64,000 bases of DNA from IMG/VR virus record IMGVR_UViG_3300021356_000002; one strand, written 5' to 3'. The notes beneath the pieces were generated by a model that ran no database searches, was not told where the DNA came from, and saw only the letters and a program-made list of their open reading frames with translations. Within the stretch, counting starts at the first letter, position 1, and each line of letters opens with the position of its first letter. The translations under genes were made by a program, and so were the position numbers. Of this stretch, positions 37,099-45,670 are shown piece by piece. Source of the stretch: a virus.

Positions 37099-38443
37099 TA
37101 TAACCCTTAGAGACTTAGTAGAAGAGCAAGAAGAAACAAACATGCGATTGGATGAAATCGATGATCGGTTTCTTCAGTTCTTTGATATGTTGCGGGCTGA
37201 TAAACTCGACATGCTTGAGATCATGTCAGAACTAAAAGATCAAAGACCAACAGTTCCTGCTGTGCCGCCCGGTGCTCCAGAAACTACACCTACGCCAGAA
37301 GTGGCTAGTGGTCTAAAGTTTGGTTTCGGAACATTAGTTACAAGTCTAGGCGTTGCACTTACAGCGGCTTGGGCAGCCTATATCAAAGAGATAGGAACGT
37401 TGTTTAGAGCCCTCGGAAGAGGACTGGGCAAAATACCAGGCGTAGGTTTTATAACAAGAACCATAGGTAACATCGGAAGTTACTTCACGAATCTAAGAAG
37501 AGTTTTTTCTGGTGTCGATAGCACAATGCGCACCGCGTCTGGTCAATTCCGAAAGATGAATTTCTTTGAAAAAGGCATCAAGTCTATAGGTGCATTTTTC
37601 AGAAGCGTTGGTGGTATGTTCAGTGGTTTTTCTGGTGGAGGTTTCATGGAAAAAATGAAGCCGCTCTCAGACTTCTTTGCTAAATTTAAGCCAATGTTCG
37701 GAAAACTGCTTGGCATTTTCAGAGCGATTGGTCGAATCTTTCTTCCTCTCACTGCAATCATCGAAGTCGGCTTGGGTATCTTCAGAGAAGTGTCTGCGCT
37801 TGAAGAGGGTGCTGGCTTTATGGATTATCTTGAAGCTGGCGTTAAAGGTATCATCAAGGGTCTAGGAAGATTAGTCACAATGCCTCTTGATCTGCTCAAG
37901 TCTGGCATCTCATGGATCGCTGGTAAATTAGGATTTGATCAGGTTGAAGCAATGCTGGACAAATTCTCATTCACAGAACTATTTGATAGCATGGTTGATG
38001 GCGTAGCAGAAATTGTTAAAAAGATTTTCAGATTCCCAATTGCTGTAGCAAAGGCTGGTAAAGCGGCACTTGGTGCGGCTTTCACTCCAGGTGAAAGTGC
38101 AACCGAAACGTTTGGTAAAGTCTTTAGTGAAGTGATGGCTGGTGGAGATACAGCCGAATCTGGCACTGTCACTGCTAGTGCAACGAGTGCATCAGCCGCG
38201 TCAGTAAATGAACCACCACCAGAAGAAGCCTCGCGTCCACGCACACGTGCAGACGTACGTAGACAGAGAATGGAAGCACGAGCGGCTGAAGAAGCGGGTC
38301 AAGCACCAACAGTTACAGTTGTCAATAACACTAATGCTCCGACAACAACTACAAACAATAGTACGACAACTGGCGGTGGAGCACCTCTACCACAACCTAC
38401 TCAATCAAACGGATCGCGAGCCGACGCTTACGCTGGGGCATAA
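37091..38443 (+). CDS. Putative tape-measure / gp29-like protein
   Basis: Follows gp26-gp51; long amphipathic helical G/F/I-rich region; C-terminal VVNNTNAPTTTTNNS typical of this position. Confidence 0.55.
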   Translation: MASITLRDLVEEQEETNMRLDEIDDRFLQFFDMLRADKLDMLEIMSELKDQRPTVPAVPPGAPETTPTPEVASGLKFGFGTLVTSLGVALTAAWAAYIKEIGTLFRALGRGLGKIPGVGFITRTIGNIGSYFTNLRRVFSGVDSTMRTASGQFRKMNFFEKGIKSIGAFFRSVGGMFSGFSGGGFMEKMKPLSDFFAKFKPMFGKLLGIFRAIGRIFLPLTAIIEVGLGIFREVSALEEGAGFMDYLEAGVKGIIKGLGRLVTMPLDLLKSGISWIAGKLGFDQVEAMLDKFSFTELFDSMVDGVAEIVKKIFRFPIAVAKAGKAALGAAFTPGESATETFGKVFSEVMAGGDTAESGTVTASATSASAASVNEPPPEEASRPRTRADVRRQRMEARAAEEAGQAPTVTVVNNTNAPTTTTNNSTTTGGGAPLPQPTQSNGSRADAYAGA

Positions 38444-38469
38444 AAAAAGGGAGCCCGAAGGCTCCCTTT
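38442..38469 (-). terminator. Rho-independent terminator with cUUCGg tetraloop (possibly bidirectional)
   Basis: Minus strand AAAGGGAGCC-TTCG-GGCTCCCTTTTTTT, between convergent gp32 and tape-measure-like genes. Confidence 0.92.
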
Positions 38470-38481
38470 GCACTACTACGA

Positions 38482-39390
38482 TCAATCTTCAGCGGCGAGT
38501 TTCGCAAAGTATGAAAGAGTATCTTCTTCACCATCTGCTGAAAGGTCTGCGGTTACAACTTCAGGTTCCGCAGGAGCACTTGCTCGGATGGGCGTTGGTG
38601 CACGGGTTGCATCTAGATCAACGTCTGCTCTTGCAGTCCGAGGAGCCGCTTCACCAAGTACAAGAGCAAGACGGGCTTTGAGTTCGTCATAGGTCTTGTA
38701 CTGTGCAGGATCAGTAAACTCGTTCAGATCAAAGAGTTGATCATAGACTTGCTCAAGTTCACCATCGTCACCACCAAGCAGAGGAGCAGGAGATGCAAAC
38801 TCTGACTTGTCATAGTTTCGATAGCCTTCGACATTCCGAATCTTCAGTTTGAACGAAGCACCTTCCCAGAAATCAAATGGGTTTACGGGATCTTCGTCTT
38901 GGAACTGTGGTTGCATCACGTCCATGATCTTGTCGAAGATTTTCTTACCGAAGGTGTACAGAAAGACTTTGCCCTCATTCTGAGGATTCGCTGGGTCAGA
39001 TTCGACAAGAACGTTTGCAACGTAGTGAAGACGGCGCTTCTGTGAACGTGCAGTTTCTTTGTCAGCCTCATTACCAGAGTTCCACAAACGAGAGTTCAAT
39101 TCGCCAACAGGATCTTGCTGACCAATCGAAGTCAAAGACTTTTCGATATACCATTGACCGGTAGGACCCTTGAAGCCATGATCCCAGTATCGAACCCAAG
39201 GCAGTTCGTTGCCTTCGGGTGCAGGTAGAAAACGCAGGACTGCGTAGCCATTGCCTGCTTTATCAACGGTGGGCTTCCATTGACGTTCATCGACGTAGGA
39301 CTTCTTTTCGGTGGGGGCATCACCCGCTGTTGCGGCGGAGACTAGGTCGGAGATAGAATTGCGATTACGCTTGAGATTTGAAAAAGACAT
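38482..39390 (-). CDS. gp32: Single-stranded DNA-binding protein gp32
   Basis: DER.WKPTVDKAGNGYAVLRFLP, HGFKGPTGQWYIE, GKKIFDKI, NPFDFWEGA, YRNYDKSEF, DTLSYFAKLA. Confidence 0.97.
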   Translation of the reverse strand: MSFSNLKRNRNSISDLVSAATAGDAPTEKKSYVDERQWKPTVDKAGNGYAVLRFLPAPEGNELPWVRYWDHGFKGPTGQWYIEKSLTSIGQQDPVGELNSRLWNSGNEADKETARSQKRRLHYVANVLVESDPANPQNEGKVFLYTFGKKIFDKIMDVMQPQFQDEDPVNPFDFWEGASFKLKIRNVEGYRNYDKSEFASPAPLLGGDDGELEQVYDQLFDLNEFTDPAQYKTYDELKARLALVLGEAAPRTARADVDLDATRAPTPIRASAPAEPEVVTADLSADGEEDTLSYFAKLAAED

Positions 39391-39453
39391 ATGTATTTCC
39401 TTGTATAAACAGTGTATTTAAATTTGTCCACTTTATTCATAATATAGATGTAT

Positions 39454-39482
39454 ATAGTATCACAAAAATTTTCACCAGTCAA
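39454..39482 (-). promoter_or_regulatory. sigma70-like promoter for gp32
   Basis: TTGACT-17 nt-TACTAT followed by an A/T-rich leader. Confidence 0.6.
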
Positions 39483-39834
39483 CTTTTTTCCAAATTGAAT
39501 CTGCTGTAAACTCATACGATCCTAGATACTCTTTATTCCAAGCCTGAGGTTCAATCAGACTTAGAGTAATCTTGCCACTTTCGATTCGATACAAATGGTA
39601 TGTCTGTCCTACTCGTGGCACAAAATTGTACTGCGCTTGATAGATCATTTGATTATCTTCTGCAAGCTCCACTAATTGATTGTACTCTTCGTTAAGGAGA
39701 GCCAGTTTGTTTTCGAAATAATTCTTGGCTAACGATCCACGTTCCGATTTAAATAGTTCAGTATCGGGTAGCGTTATTGCTGGCGCACTGATCTCGCCGC
39801 CATACGGAAGTAACGCTTTCTTCTTTTCGGTCAT
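39472..39834 (-). CDS. DUF2452-like protein
   Basis: LLPYG...APAI and YNFVPRVGQTYHLY...LSLIEP..W. Confidence 0.6.
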   Translation of the reverse strand: MTEKKKALLPYGGEISAPAITLPDTELFKSERGSLAKNYFENKLALLNEEYNQLVELAEDNQMIYQAQYNFVPRVGQTYHLYRIESGKITLSLIEPQAWNKEYLGSYEFTADSIWKKVDW

Positions 39835-40049
39835 TCAAGAGGCAGTTCATTTCCGCGCGGCAGAAAGTTTAGTTTCATAGCCTCAGCCTCAATCTTACTT
39901 TTGATCGGACCTGCAATAAACTTCTTTACATCGATTTCATCGAGGTTGTTCTTTTCACAGAAGTACAACACGGCATCAATGTAACTTAGATTTTTGAGTC
40001 TGACAATCTCCTCGATTCGCTTCGCAAATTTAGGCTTTGTCATAATCAT
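39831..40049 (-). CDS. gp33: Late-transcription coactivator gp33
   Basis: KF...IE.IV....SYIDAVLYFCEKNNLD...I..KIEAEA..LNFL; real start likely at 40049 or 40043. Confidence 0.85.
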   Translation of the reverse strand: MIMTKPKFAKRIEEIVRLKNLSYIDAVLYFCEKNNLDEIDVKKFIAGPIKSKIEAEAMKLNFLPRGNELPLE

Positions 40050-40060
40050 ACTACCAACTG

Positions 40061-40801
40061 TCATTCCATTTCTCCCCAAACTGCTCCGATGTCTCTGTAG
40101 TATGTACCTTTGGTTCTTACAATACAACCATCTTTATCATACGCTGGTGCGATACAGACAGGAACAATTTTGTTTTCTCGGCGCTCGCCATAGTGTGAAT
40201 CAAGCCAGACACCACTCTTAAGATATGTCTGCATGTTATACACGTATGTACGCGCGGTTATTTGTTCTTGTGTCAGTTTGTCGTTGTTCTTCGACGCAGA
40301 CACAAACTTTTTCCAGTAATCAATCCACTGCTTCACTTTCGTAGGATGAAGTTTATGATCATCATCAAGATCAGCAATCGATGGATGAATGGGTGGCTCA
40401 TAAGCCATATGTTCGCGCAGTTTGTCTGATTTGTCAATCATCTCAAACAGTTGTCTTTTGAACTGCACCTTTACTTTTTCGGGCATGTACCCGAGTAAAT
40501 AGGCTTTCCATCCGCTCTTACCAATAGTGGCAAGAAACACGTCTGGTATCTTCAACGTCTCTTCGTAACAGTCCCAATCAGTACGATCACGAATAAACTT
40601 TTTAGTTGAATGCAGATACTCGCGCTCAGTGACTTCGGTGTGCACAAAGGCATCACACTCTAGCCAAGCGGCAATCTGTTCTTCTTCTGTCTTAGCCTTC
40701 TTAAGTTTCTCCCAGTTAGGTTCGGGAGTCAAGGTCTTCTTTTTCTTGGGAGTAAACTTAGCGCGTTTCGGCATATCGATCTTCAGTCCATATGTTTTCA
40801 A
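40061..40801 (-). CDS. Hypothetical protein
   Basis: Long ORF; C-terminal YVYNMQTYL.SGVWLD..YGE...APAYD.DG...RT.G; start possibly 40774. Confidence 0.75.
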   Translation of the reverse strand: MKTYGLKIDMPKRAKFTPKKKKTLTPEPNWEKLKKAKTEEEQIAAWLECDAFVHTEVTEREYLHSTKKFIRDRTDWDCYEETLKIPDVFLATIGKSGWKAYLLGYMPEKVKVQFKRQLFEMIDKSDKLREHMAYEPPIHPSIADLDDDHKLHPTKVKQWIDYWKKFVSASKNNDKLTQEQITARTYVYNMQTYLKSGVWLDSHYGERRENKIVPVCIAPAYDKDGCIVRTKGTYYRDIGAVWGEME

Positions 40802-40985
40802 TAACAGCGTTTTCTGCTACTTCTTCGGCTTTGTCCAATGAAGTTAGACCCTCACGTAAAATCGCGACCAGTCTAGCGTCTCGATAAATCTCAACAAAGT
40901 AACCATCGTTATCTTTGAGAACAATCGATTCAAGCGTACTGTCATCAGACCAGTAGTTGCTAATTTCTATAGGATCTCTAGCCAT
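40758..40985 (-). CDS. Hypothetical protein
   Basis: 75-aa ORF coupled to its neighbours; AEEVAEN motif. Confidence 0.6.
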   Translation of the reverse strand: MARDPIEISNYWSDDSTLESIVLKDNDGYFVEIYRDARLVAILREGLTSLDKAEEVAENAVIENIWTEDRYAETR

Positions 40986-41142
40986 TTCTAGGGTCCTGTG
41001 CCTGTTCTTTCTTTTTACGTTTTTCTTCGTCAGTAGGAACGTTTTGATTACTTTGCTTCACAGCGAAAATTCTGTCCCAATTACTTTCGAACACTTTGCG
41101 ATCAACCGAGAACGGTCTCGGTTTGCTCCCTTTTCCACTCAT
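40978..41142 (-). CDS. Small conserved phage protein
   Basis: MSGKGSKPRPFSVDRKVFESNWDRIF; ATG at 41142. Confidence 0.6.
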   Translation of the reverse strand: MSGKGSKPRPFSVDRKVFESNWDRIFAVKQSNQNVPTDEEKRKKKEQAQDPRNG

Positions 41143-41689
41143 GCGTGTTCCACCAATCTGGGGCATCACGATTAGTCCATCGAGCAAAAGCGGCTTTCGC
41201 TTCAATGTAGTAATTGCGATACGATGTTATTGAATCACCTTCGACAATGCATTGCGGGTAATGGTTCATCGCTGGTGTTGGCTCAGTAAAGCCTTCACTA
41301 GAGAACTTTTCAGGAGGTAAAAGAAGATGATAGTTCAACTTCCGATACGACTCGTGGGTTCTACCATAACGATGTTCATACTCACAGTGTAGTGCCGTCC
41401 ACATGTCATACAACCACGAGTAGTTTGCAGATGAGTAGCGTACCCATTTAGCAGACGGATGGTTGATGTGACAAGCTTTATATAGCTCTTGATTCATGGT
41501 GGGATCTGGATGAAAGTATCGCTGAATCTTGCGACCCGCAGTTGATCTACCATACCAGAGTTCGCCATCTAGCACTCGATGTGCAGTTGACATGAGTTGG
41601 GCATACTCGACCAGCATTTTGACAACATGCTTATCGCAGTGCTGTTCGGCACAAACGATAGGGTCGGGATGCAGATAAAAGACATTCAT
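41102..41689 (-). CDS. Pyrimidine-dimer DNA glycosylase / endonuclease V-like protein
   Basis: MNVFYL...CAEQHCDKHVVKM..EYAQLMSTAH, HINHPS..W, EY..RYG..H, YRNYY..K. Confidence 0.75.
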   Translation of the reverse strand: MNVFYLHPDPIVCAEQHCDKHVVKMLVEYAQLMSTAHRVLDGELWYGRSTAGRKIQRYFHPDPTMNQELYKACHINHPSAKWVRYSSANYSWLYDMWTALHCEYEHRYGRTHESYRKLNYHLLLPPEKFSSEGFTEPTPAMNHYPQCIVEGDSITSYRNYYIEAKAAFARWTNRDAPDWWNTHEWKREQTETVLG

Positions 41690-41835
41690 TGCTTAGGAAC
41701 TTTCCTCGTCAGTGAAAATTTGTAAACGTCACTCAACAGTTTTCTTTCTTCTGCTGATAGACTATTATACATCTTTTTATCTTTACGTTCAACCTTGCCA
41801 ACTTTACGCATCAACTTGGCTTTCTTAGAATTCAT
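41686..41835 (-). CDS. Small basic hypothetical protein (49 aa, not in ORF track)
   Basis: MNSKKAKLMRKVGKVERKDKKMYNSLSAEERKLLSDVYKFSLTRKVPKQ*; ATGA overlap with the next gene; GGAGG upstream. Confidence 0.65.
   Translation of the reverse strand: MNSKKAKLMRKVGKVERKDKKMYNSLSAEERKLLSDVYKFSLTRKVPKQ
41764..41792 (-). promoter_or_regulatory. sigma70-like promoter
   Basis: TTGAAC-17 nt-TATAAT upstream of the DenV-like gene. Confidence 0.6.
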
Positions 41836-42529
41836 AGTGAGCCTCCACTGCCTTTGCAACGTCAGGAAAATGTTGTTTCAAAACATCCCAGCATTGATCA
41901 GCGACTCGCATATGTTCTTTCTGCGTACCGTGTGCACGTCGAAGTTCACAGTAGTGAATCCACGAGCGAAGCGTACCAGCCATGTACAGCGTTGTCTCGG
42001 TGTTACCTTCGGGCAGTACAGCGCGGGCTTGCTCTTTTGCAATGCCGTTGTCTAGTGCCCACTGATAAGTGCGCTTCGCAAGATTAACCACTTCAGACTG
42101 CTTCATATTCCAGTTTTCGTACAGACGCTCTTGCGGAGTCTTATTGCCGCCTTTACCAAAGTCATCGGTGTCTTCTAGTTCAATAGAGTTCTGTCGATTC
42201 TTTGGATCTTGCAAGCGAGCCTCACGAAGAGCAAATGAATCGCTCACCGCATAGCGTTGCGAAAACTCTTGAAACGAGAACGACCGATGTCGCAATATCT
42301 GGCGAGAAATGTCACGGGTTGTCACAATCTCCATAGTGACTGACACCATTTCAAAAGGCGACCAGTGATTCTCGCGAATCAAATATTCAATAAGTTTAGG
42401 CGCAGTTTTCTCATTGTTCTGATTGGCTGGATTACTTACACGAGCCGCATATGCAATCAATTCATTCGCAGTGTTACAGCCAGTGGACGCACTGGGCGTT
42501 GTCATGCCCACAAGTGCCACTCTACTCAT
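41825..42529 (-). CDS. thyX: Flavin-dependent thymidylate synthase
   Basis: AYAARVS, HWSPFE, RQILRHRSFSFQEFSQRY, EQARAVLP, TQKEH; probable start MSRVAL. Confidence 0.97.
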   Translation of the reverse strand: MSRVALVGMTTPSASTGCNTANELIAYAARVSNPANQNNEKTAPKLIEYLIRENHWSPFEMVSVTMEIVTTRDISRQILRHRSFSFQEFSQRYAVSDSFALREARLQDPKNRQNSIELEDTDDFGKGGNKTPQERLYENWNMKQSEVVNLAKRTYQWALDNGIAKEQARAVLPEGNTETTLYMAGTLRSWIHYCELRRAHGTQKEHMRVADQCWDVLKQHFPDVAKAVEAHYEF

Positions 42530-42662
42530 AGTCTTTTCCTTTATGTTTAATGTAACCAAGGCGAGCCGCTTTTTTGCGGTCCGCCATCACCTGTGCCCGA
42601 TTGAACTTGCGAGCATGTTTCGCGACCAGATTGTTAATCGTCTTTTTCTGTGTAGAAGACAT
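42522..42662 (-). CDS. 46-aa basic protein with ArfA-like pattern (not in ORF track)
   Basis: MSSTQKKTINNLVAKHARKFNRAQVMADRKKAARLGYIKHKGKDYE*; fills the gap between the hydrolase and thyX. Confidence 0.6.
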   Translation of the reverse strand: MSSTQKKTINNLVAKHARKFNRAQVMADRKKAARLGYIKHKGKDYE

Positions 42663-43347
42663 GATCGTCGATCACCATTGTTTGAGTGAAACTATTTATC
42701 CACCAAGGGCTAGAATAGTCTGCATGATAATACAAGCTTCCGCTCGTAATGTCAAGAGGCTTGTCCTCAACTATCGTAGTAACAAGACTCAATATTCCTC
42801 GGTACGTCTCTTCGTCTTTTGGTATATCACTAAGACCATCGCACCACCAAGAGAAGTGACACTTGTTACGCACAGGCAGTTCGTTGCCCTTCCAGTTTTT
42901 ATACGTAGGCCCTTGTTGAATAACATCACAGATGGTGTTTGGAAATCGAGGACTCTCAACTCGATTTAACACCACTTGAGCGACAGCGATTTGACCAGCA
43001 ACAGATTGGTTTCTCGATTCAAAGTACGAGTTAAGTGCTAGACACTCAAGCTCCCGCTCATTGTATTTAGTGACCTCCGACTCAAGAGGCTGAGAGAGAG
43101 GTGAGAGAGATGCCTCTTGAGCCGAAGGATTTTCAGAAACTTCTGGACACCATATGTCGATACAGCCATCAGATCCATAATCTGACATATGCAAGCCCTC
43201 ACCAGACTCTTTGTCCACTTTTGTACCGCCAGGAAGATCGAAGATGTAACTACCGATCAATGCCGCCGATATAATCATTACACAAGCAACGCCACCCCAG
43301 AAAAAATTTTCATCAGTCAAATCAGACTGATCTAGTTTATTTCTCAT
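42634..43347 (-). CDS. SleB-like cell wall hydrolase (Hydrolase_2) with N-terminal membrane anchor
   Basis: CLALNSYFESR, VAQVVLNRV....FPNTICDVIQQ, CHFSWWCDG, YYHADY..PWW, IDDHVFY. Confidence 0.92.
   Translation of the reverse strand: MRNKLDQSDLTDENFFWGGVACVMIISAALIGSYIFDLPGGTKVDKESGEGLHMSDYGSDGCIDIWCPEVSENPSAQEASLSPLSQPLESEVTKYNERELECLALNSYFESRNQSVAGQIAVAQVVLNRVESPRFPNTICDVIQQGPTYKNWKGNELPVRNKCHFSWWCDGLSDIPKDEETYRGILSLVTTIVEDKPLDITSGSLYYHADYSSPWWINSFTQTMVIDDHVFYTEKDD
42727..42755 (-). promoter_or_regulatory. sigma70-like promoter inside the hydrolase gene
   Basis: TTGACA-17 nt-TATTAT upstream of the ArfA-like ORF and thyX. Confidence 0.6.
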
Positions 43348-43613
43348 ATGCCCAACAAACCCTCAACATAAAATAATGCTTGTATGCTTTTACCACCAAC
43401 ATGCCATTGATATTTGACGCCCGAGCGAGACAACTCGCCACCATCAAAATCTTTCCAATCATAGATTGTAACAGGTCCGTACTCAGACATCAACTCCCAC
43501 TCAGTATTCACTTTACCGTCAGCAGAGGGATTTGAGTACGTGGGCTGACCAAGCGTCTCAACCAAATGTTGATATGTAGTATTAACGTAACCCTGTAATG
43601 AAGTGCCCATCAT
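43344..43613 (-). CDS. Conserved small phage protein
   Basis: GTSLQGYV.TTY..LV..LG.P...DGKV..EW...TIYDWK...WHVGG. Confidence 0.7.
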   Translation of the reverse strand: MMGTSLQGYVNTTYQHLVETLGQPTYSNPSADGKVNTEWELMSEYGPVTIYDWKDFDGGELSRSGVKYQWHVGGKSIQALFYVEGLLGI

Positions 43614-43750
43614 CGTAGCATCCTTGCACAAGTCAAAAAAGAATTCTCATTCAAGCAATCAGACCAGATGAAGTGAACATACCAGCCCACCATAAACACA
43701 ACTATCGCTAAAGCAGTTGCATAGATTCCAAGTTGAAGCCAGTCTCTCAT
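43610..43750 (-). CDS. Small membrane protein (46 aa, not in ORF track)
   Basis: MRDWLQLGIYATALAIVVFMVGWYVHFIWSDCLNENSFLTCARMLR*; ATGA overlaps at both ends; GGAGG SD. Confidence 0.65.
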   Translation of the reverse strand: MRDWLQLGIYATALAIVVFMVGWYVHFIWSDCLNENSFLTCARMLR

Positions 43751-44247
43751 GCCACCTCCGGAAGAGGCGCCAATTCTCCTGCCGCCTCTTTCTTTGCGAA
43801 GTATTGTTCTAACTCATCCATGTCATCAAAGGTGAGGAGTCGCATCTCAGAGCGACCTTCTTCGGTTTGATGCCATGAACGCTCACCGAACGGAGTCGCA
43901 TCCATGTTGTACTTACGTGCAATCTGCTTGCACATGAGTTCGTCACGGTCTGACATGAGAGCGCAGTAAATGGGAGATTCCCACTCATCGCAGTGATCCG
44001 ACTCTTTAAAGTCGATATCATCGACCAGAGTCTCACCAATGATGTACTCCTTAGAGTAGTCTGAAGAGTGCTCGATGCACTTCGCAACACGAGCGTAGAA
44101 CGACTTGTCCTGCGCTTCCTGCAGGTTCACATCGACGATGTAGGTCTCACCGCCCTTGAACTTCCAGTACTGCGGACACTCGCCCTTACCGTCCCAGTCA
44201 TGGGCGCCGTAGTTCTCGCAGAATTGGGTTTGGATAACAAGTTTCAT
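43747..44247 (-). CDS. Conserved early hypothetical protein
   Basis: MKLVIQTQF.ENYGAHDWDGKGECPQYWKFKGG; first gene after a strong promoter. Confidence 0.8.
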   Translation of the reverse strand: MKLVIQTQFCENYGAHDWDGKGECPQYWKFKGGETYIVDVNLQEAQDKSFYARVAKCIEHSSDYSKEYIIGETLVDDIDFKESDHCDEWESPIYCALMSDRDELMCKQIARKYNMDATPFGERSWHQTEEGRSEMRLLTFDDMDELEQYFAKKEAAGELAPLPEVA

Positions 44248-44277
44248 AATCAAAGCCTCTCTCTAACTTACGCAGTA

Positions 44278-44330
44278 ATTATCTCAGAATTTAGTCAGTC
44301 TGTCAACACTTTTTTTAGACTTTTTTGTTC
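44278..44330 (-). promoter_or_regulatory. Strong early sigma70 promoter with A-tract UP element
   Basis: AAAAAAGTG-TTGACA-17 nt-GATAAT with TG extended -10; near-copy at 45187-45238. Confidence 0.85.
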
Positions 44331-44450
44331 TAAGAATATAACCGAAAAGATGGTGCCAGTATTGGGTTAGATAGGGACTGGCAAAACCTACTCGCAAGGT
44401 TGTTAACCCTCGCTACAGGCCGACCTACTGTTTTCAGTCTCCTGCTCTGT

Positions 44451-44518
44451 AAAAAAGATGGGGTAGTGCCACATAGCAATCAGTAGCAATTTTCGAAAGC
44501 ACATCCCCATCAAAAAAC
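44451..44518 (-). terminator. Large-loop hairpin followed by U-tract (terminator-like)
   Basis: Minus strand GATGGGGATGTGC...GCACTACCCCATC-TTTTTT right after the stop at 44519. Confidence 0.5.
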
Positions 44519-44695
44519 TTAAATCTCTAGCACGTCCTCGCAGTAGACATCCATGATCTCTTGATCACTCAGTCCAGCTTGACGCAATCGGTAGATGAAA
44601 GCGTCACTGGTGATCATCTTATCACTCAGAGACTCAACCAAACTCAAGACATACTCGCCCATCTCACCACGGGCATACCACTTCACTTCACTCAT
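44519..44695 (-). CDS. Small hypothetical protein (58 aa, not in ORF track)
   Basis: MSEVKWYARGEMGEYVLSLVESLSDKMITSDAFIYRLRQAGLSDQEIMDVYCEDVLEI*; TAATG coupling. Confidence 0.6.
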   Translation of the reverse strand: MSEVKWYARGEMGEYVLSLVESLSDKMITSDAFIYRLRQAGLSDQEIMDVYCEDVLEI

Positions 44696-44880
44696 TACTC
44701 TACTCCCATAATAATACCAATGCGCTTTTGCTTGTTCACATTAACCGTTACTGAGTCACCAATTCGACGGCGAGGTTCACCGACAACATCAAGATAATGC
44801 AGAGTCTCAGTGACTCGATTACCGTACTTGGTGAACTCGACCAAGTACGGATTGTAAACATACGTAGGCATTTTAAACAC
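44695..44880 (-). CDS. Small hypothetical protein
   Basis: 61-aa ORF coupled to its neighbours; GGAGG SD. Confidence 0.6.
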   Translation of the reverse strand: MFKMPTYVYNPYLVEFTKYGNRVTETLHYLDVVGEPRRRIGDSVTVNVNKQKRIGIIMGVE

Positions 44881-45155
44881 TAAGCGACCTCCTTAGGTGC
44901 AAACAATTTAGAGAAACCTTCGACCAAGAGATTGTAAGAGAATATCTCATATCGCCAATCATTGTCGAAACTGTAGTCATCAGACTCGTAAGCTTCGTTT
45001 TCAGCTTTTTCGTAACGCTTCTCAAAACCCATAAGGGCGTCAAGGGTGCTTTCAGTGCCCATGAAACCTTTGATAATTCGAAGGGCTTGATTGAAGTCAA
45101 TTTCGTTCTCAAGACCCTCTCGATCAAACTCACACTGGTAAATAATTCTAGCCAT
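44880..45155 (-). CDS. Early hypothetical protein
   Basis: Start MARIIY with AGGAG SD downstream of the promoter. Confidence 0.7.
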   Translation of the reverse strand: MARIIYQCEFDREGLENEIDFNQALRIIKGFMGTESTLDALMGFEKRYEKAENEAYESDDYSFDNDWRYEIFSYNLLVEGFSKLFAPKEVA

Positions 45156-45186
45156 AACAACTCTCCTATCTCTCAATTACATGGTA

Positions 45187-45238
45187 ATTATCGCAGGATT
45201 TGGAGAAATGTCAACACTTTTTTCGAAGTTTTTTTCGA
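45187..45238 (-). promoter_or_regulatory. Strong early sigma70 promoter with A-tract UP element
   Basis: AAAAAAGTG-TTGACA-16 nt-GATAAT, TG extended -10. Confidence 0.8.
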
Positions 45239-45670
45239 TTATTCCGCTGTTTTTGATCGATTTCTTCGATCATACTCTTCTTTAGATCCTGGATATCTCC
45301 ATGACCAGACCACGATACCAGCCATAAAAGCGGCTGACCAGAGAACAGCAGTCAGATTGTGGGTTGTAAACCAAAGAAAGGTTAGCGAGCTGGACATGAC
45401 GATCAGCATCGCATATTTGAGTCTTGTCGGAAAGACTCGATACTCGACCCAGTTCGTGAGAAATGGTCCGAAATACTTGTGATTGTAAAGCCAGTCGTGC
45501 CACTTCTGACTAGACTTACTAAAGCAGATGGCGGCAAATACAAGGAAGATTGAGAACGGAATGCCAGGCGTCACAAAGCCAATGTAAGCAATACCTACAC
45601 TAATGATTCCTGCAATCTTCCAAAGCGCCCTTTTAATAGGGGAATTGGATACGTTTAAATCTCTCGACAT
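45239..45670 (-). CDS. YbaN/DUF454 family inner-membrane protein
   Basis: G...V.PG.P...FL..AA.CF.KSS..WH.WL..H..FGP.L..W...R..P.R.K signature. Confidence 0.85.
   Translation of the reverse strand: MSRDLNVSNSPIKRALWKIAGIISVGIAYIGFVTPGIPFSIFLVFAAICFSKSSQKWHDWLYNHKYFGPFLTNWVEYRVFPTRLKYAMLIVMSSSLTFLWFTTHNLTAVLWSAAFMAGIVVWSWRYPGSKEEYDRRNRSKTAE

Noticed and set aside
44340-44518. Possible tRNA in the intergenic gap
   Set aside because: No cloverleaf, T-loop GTTCGA context or CCA end could be built
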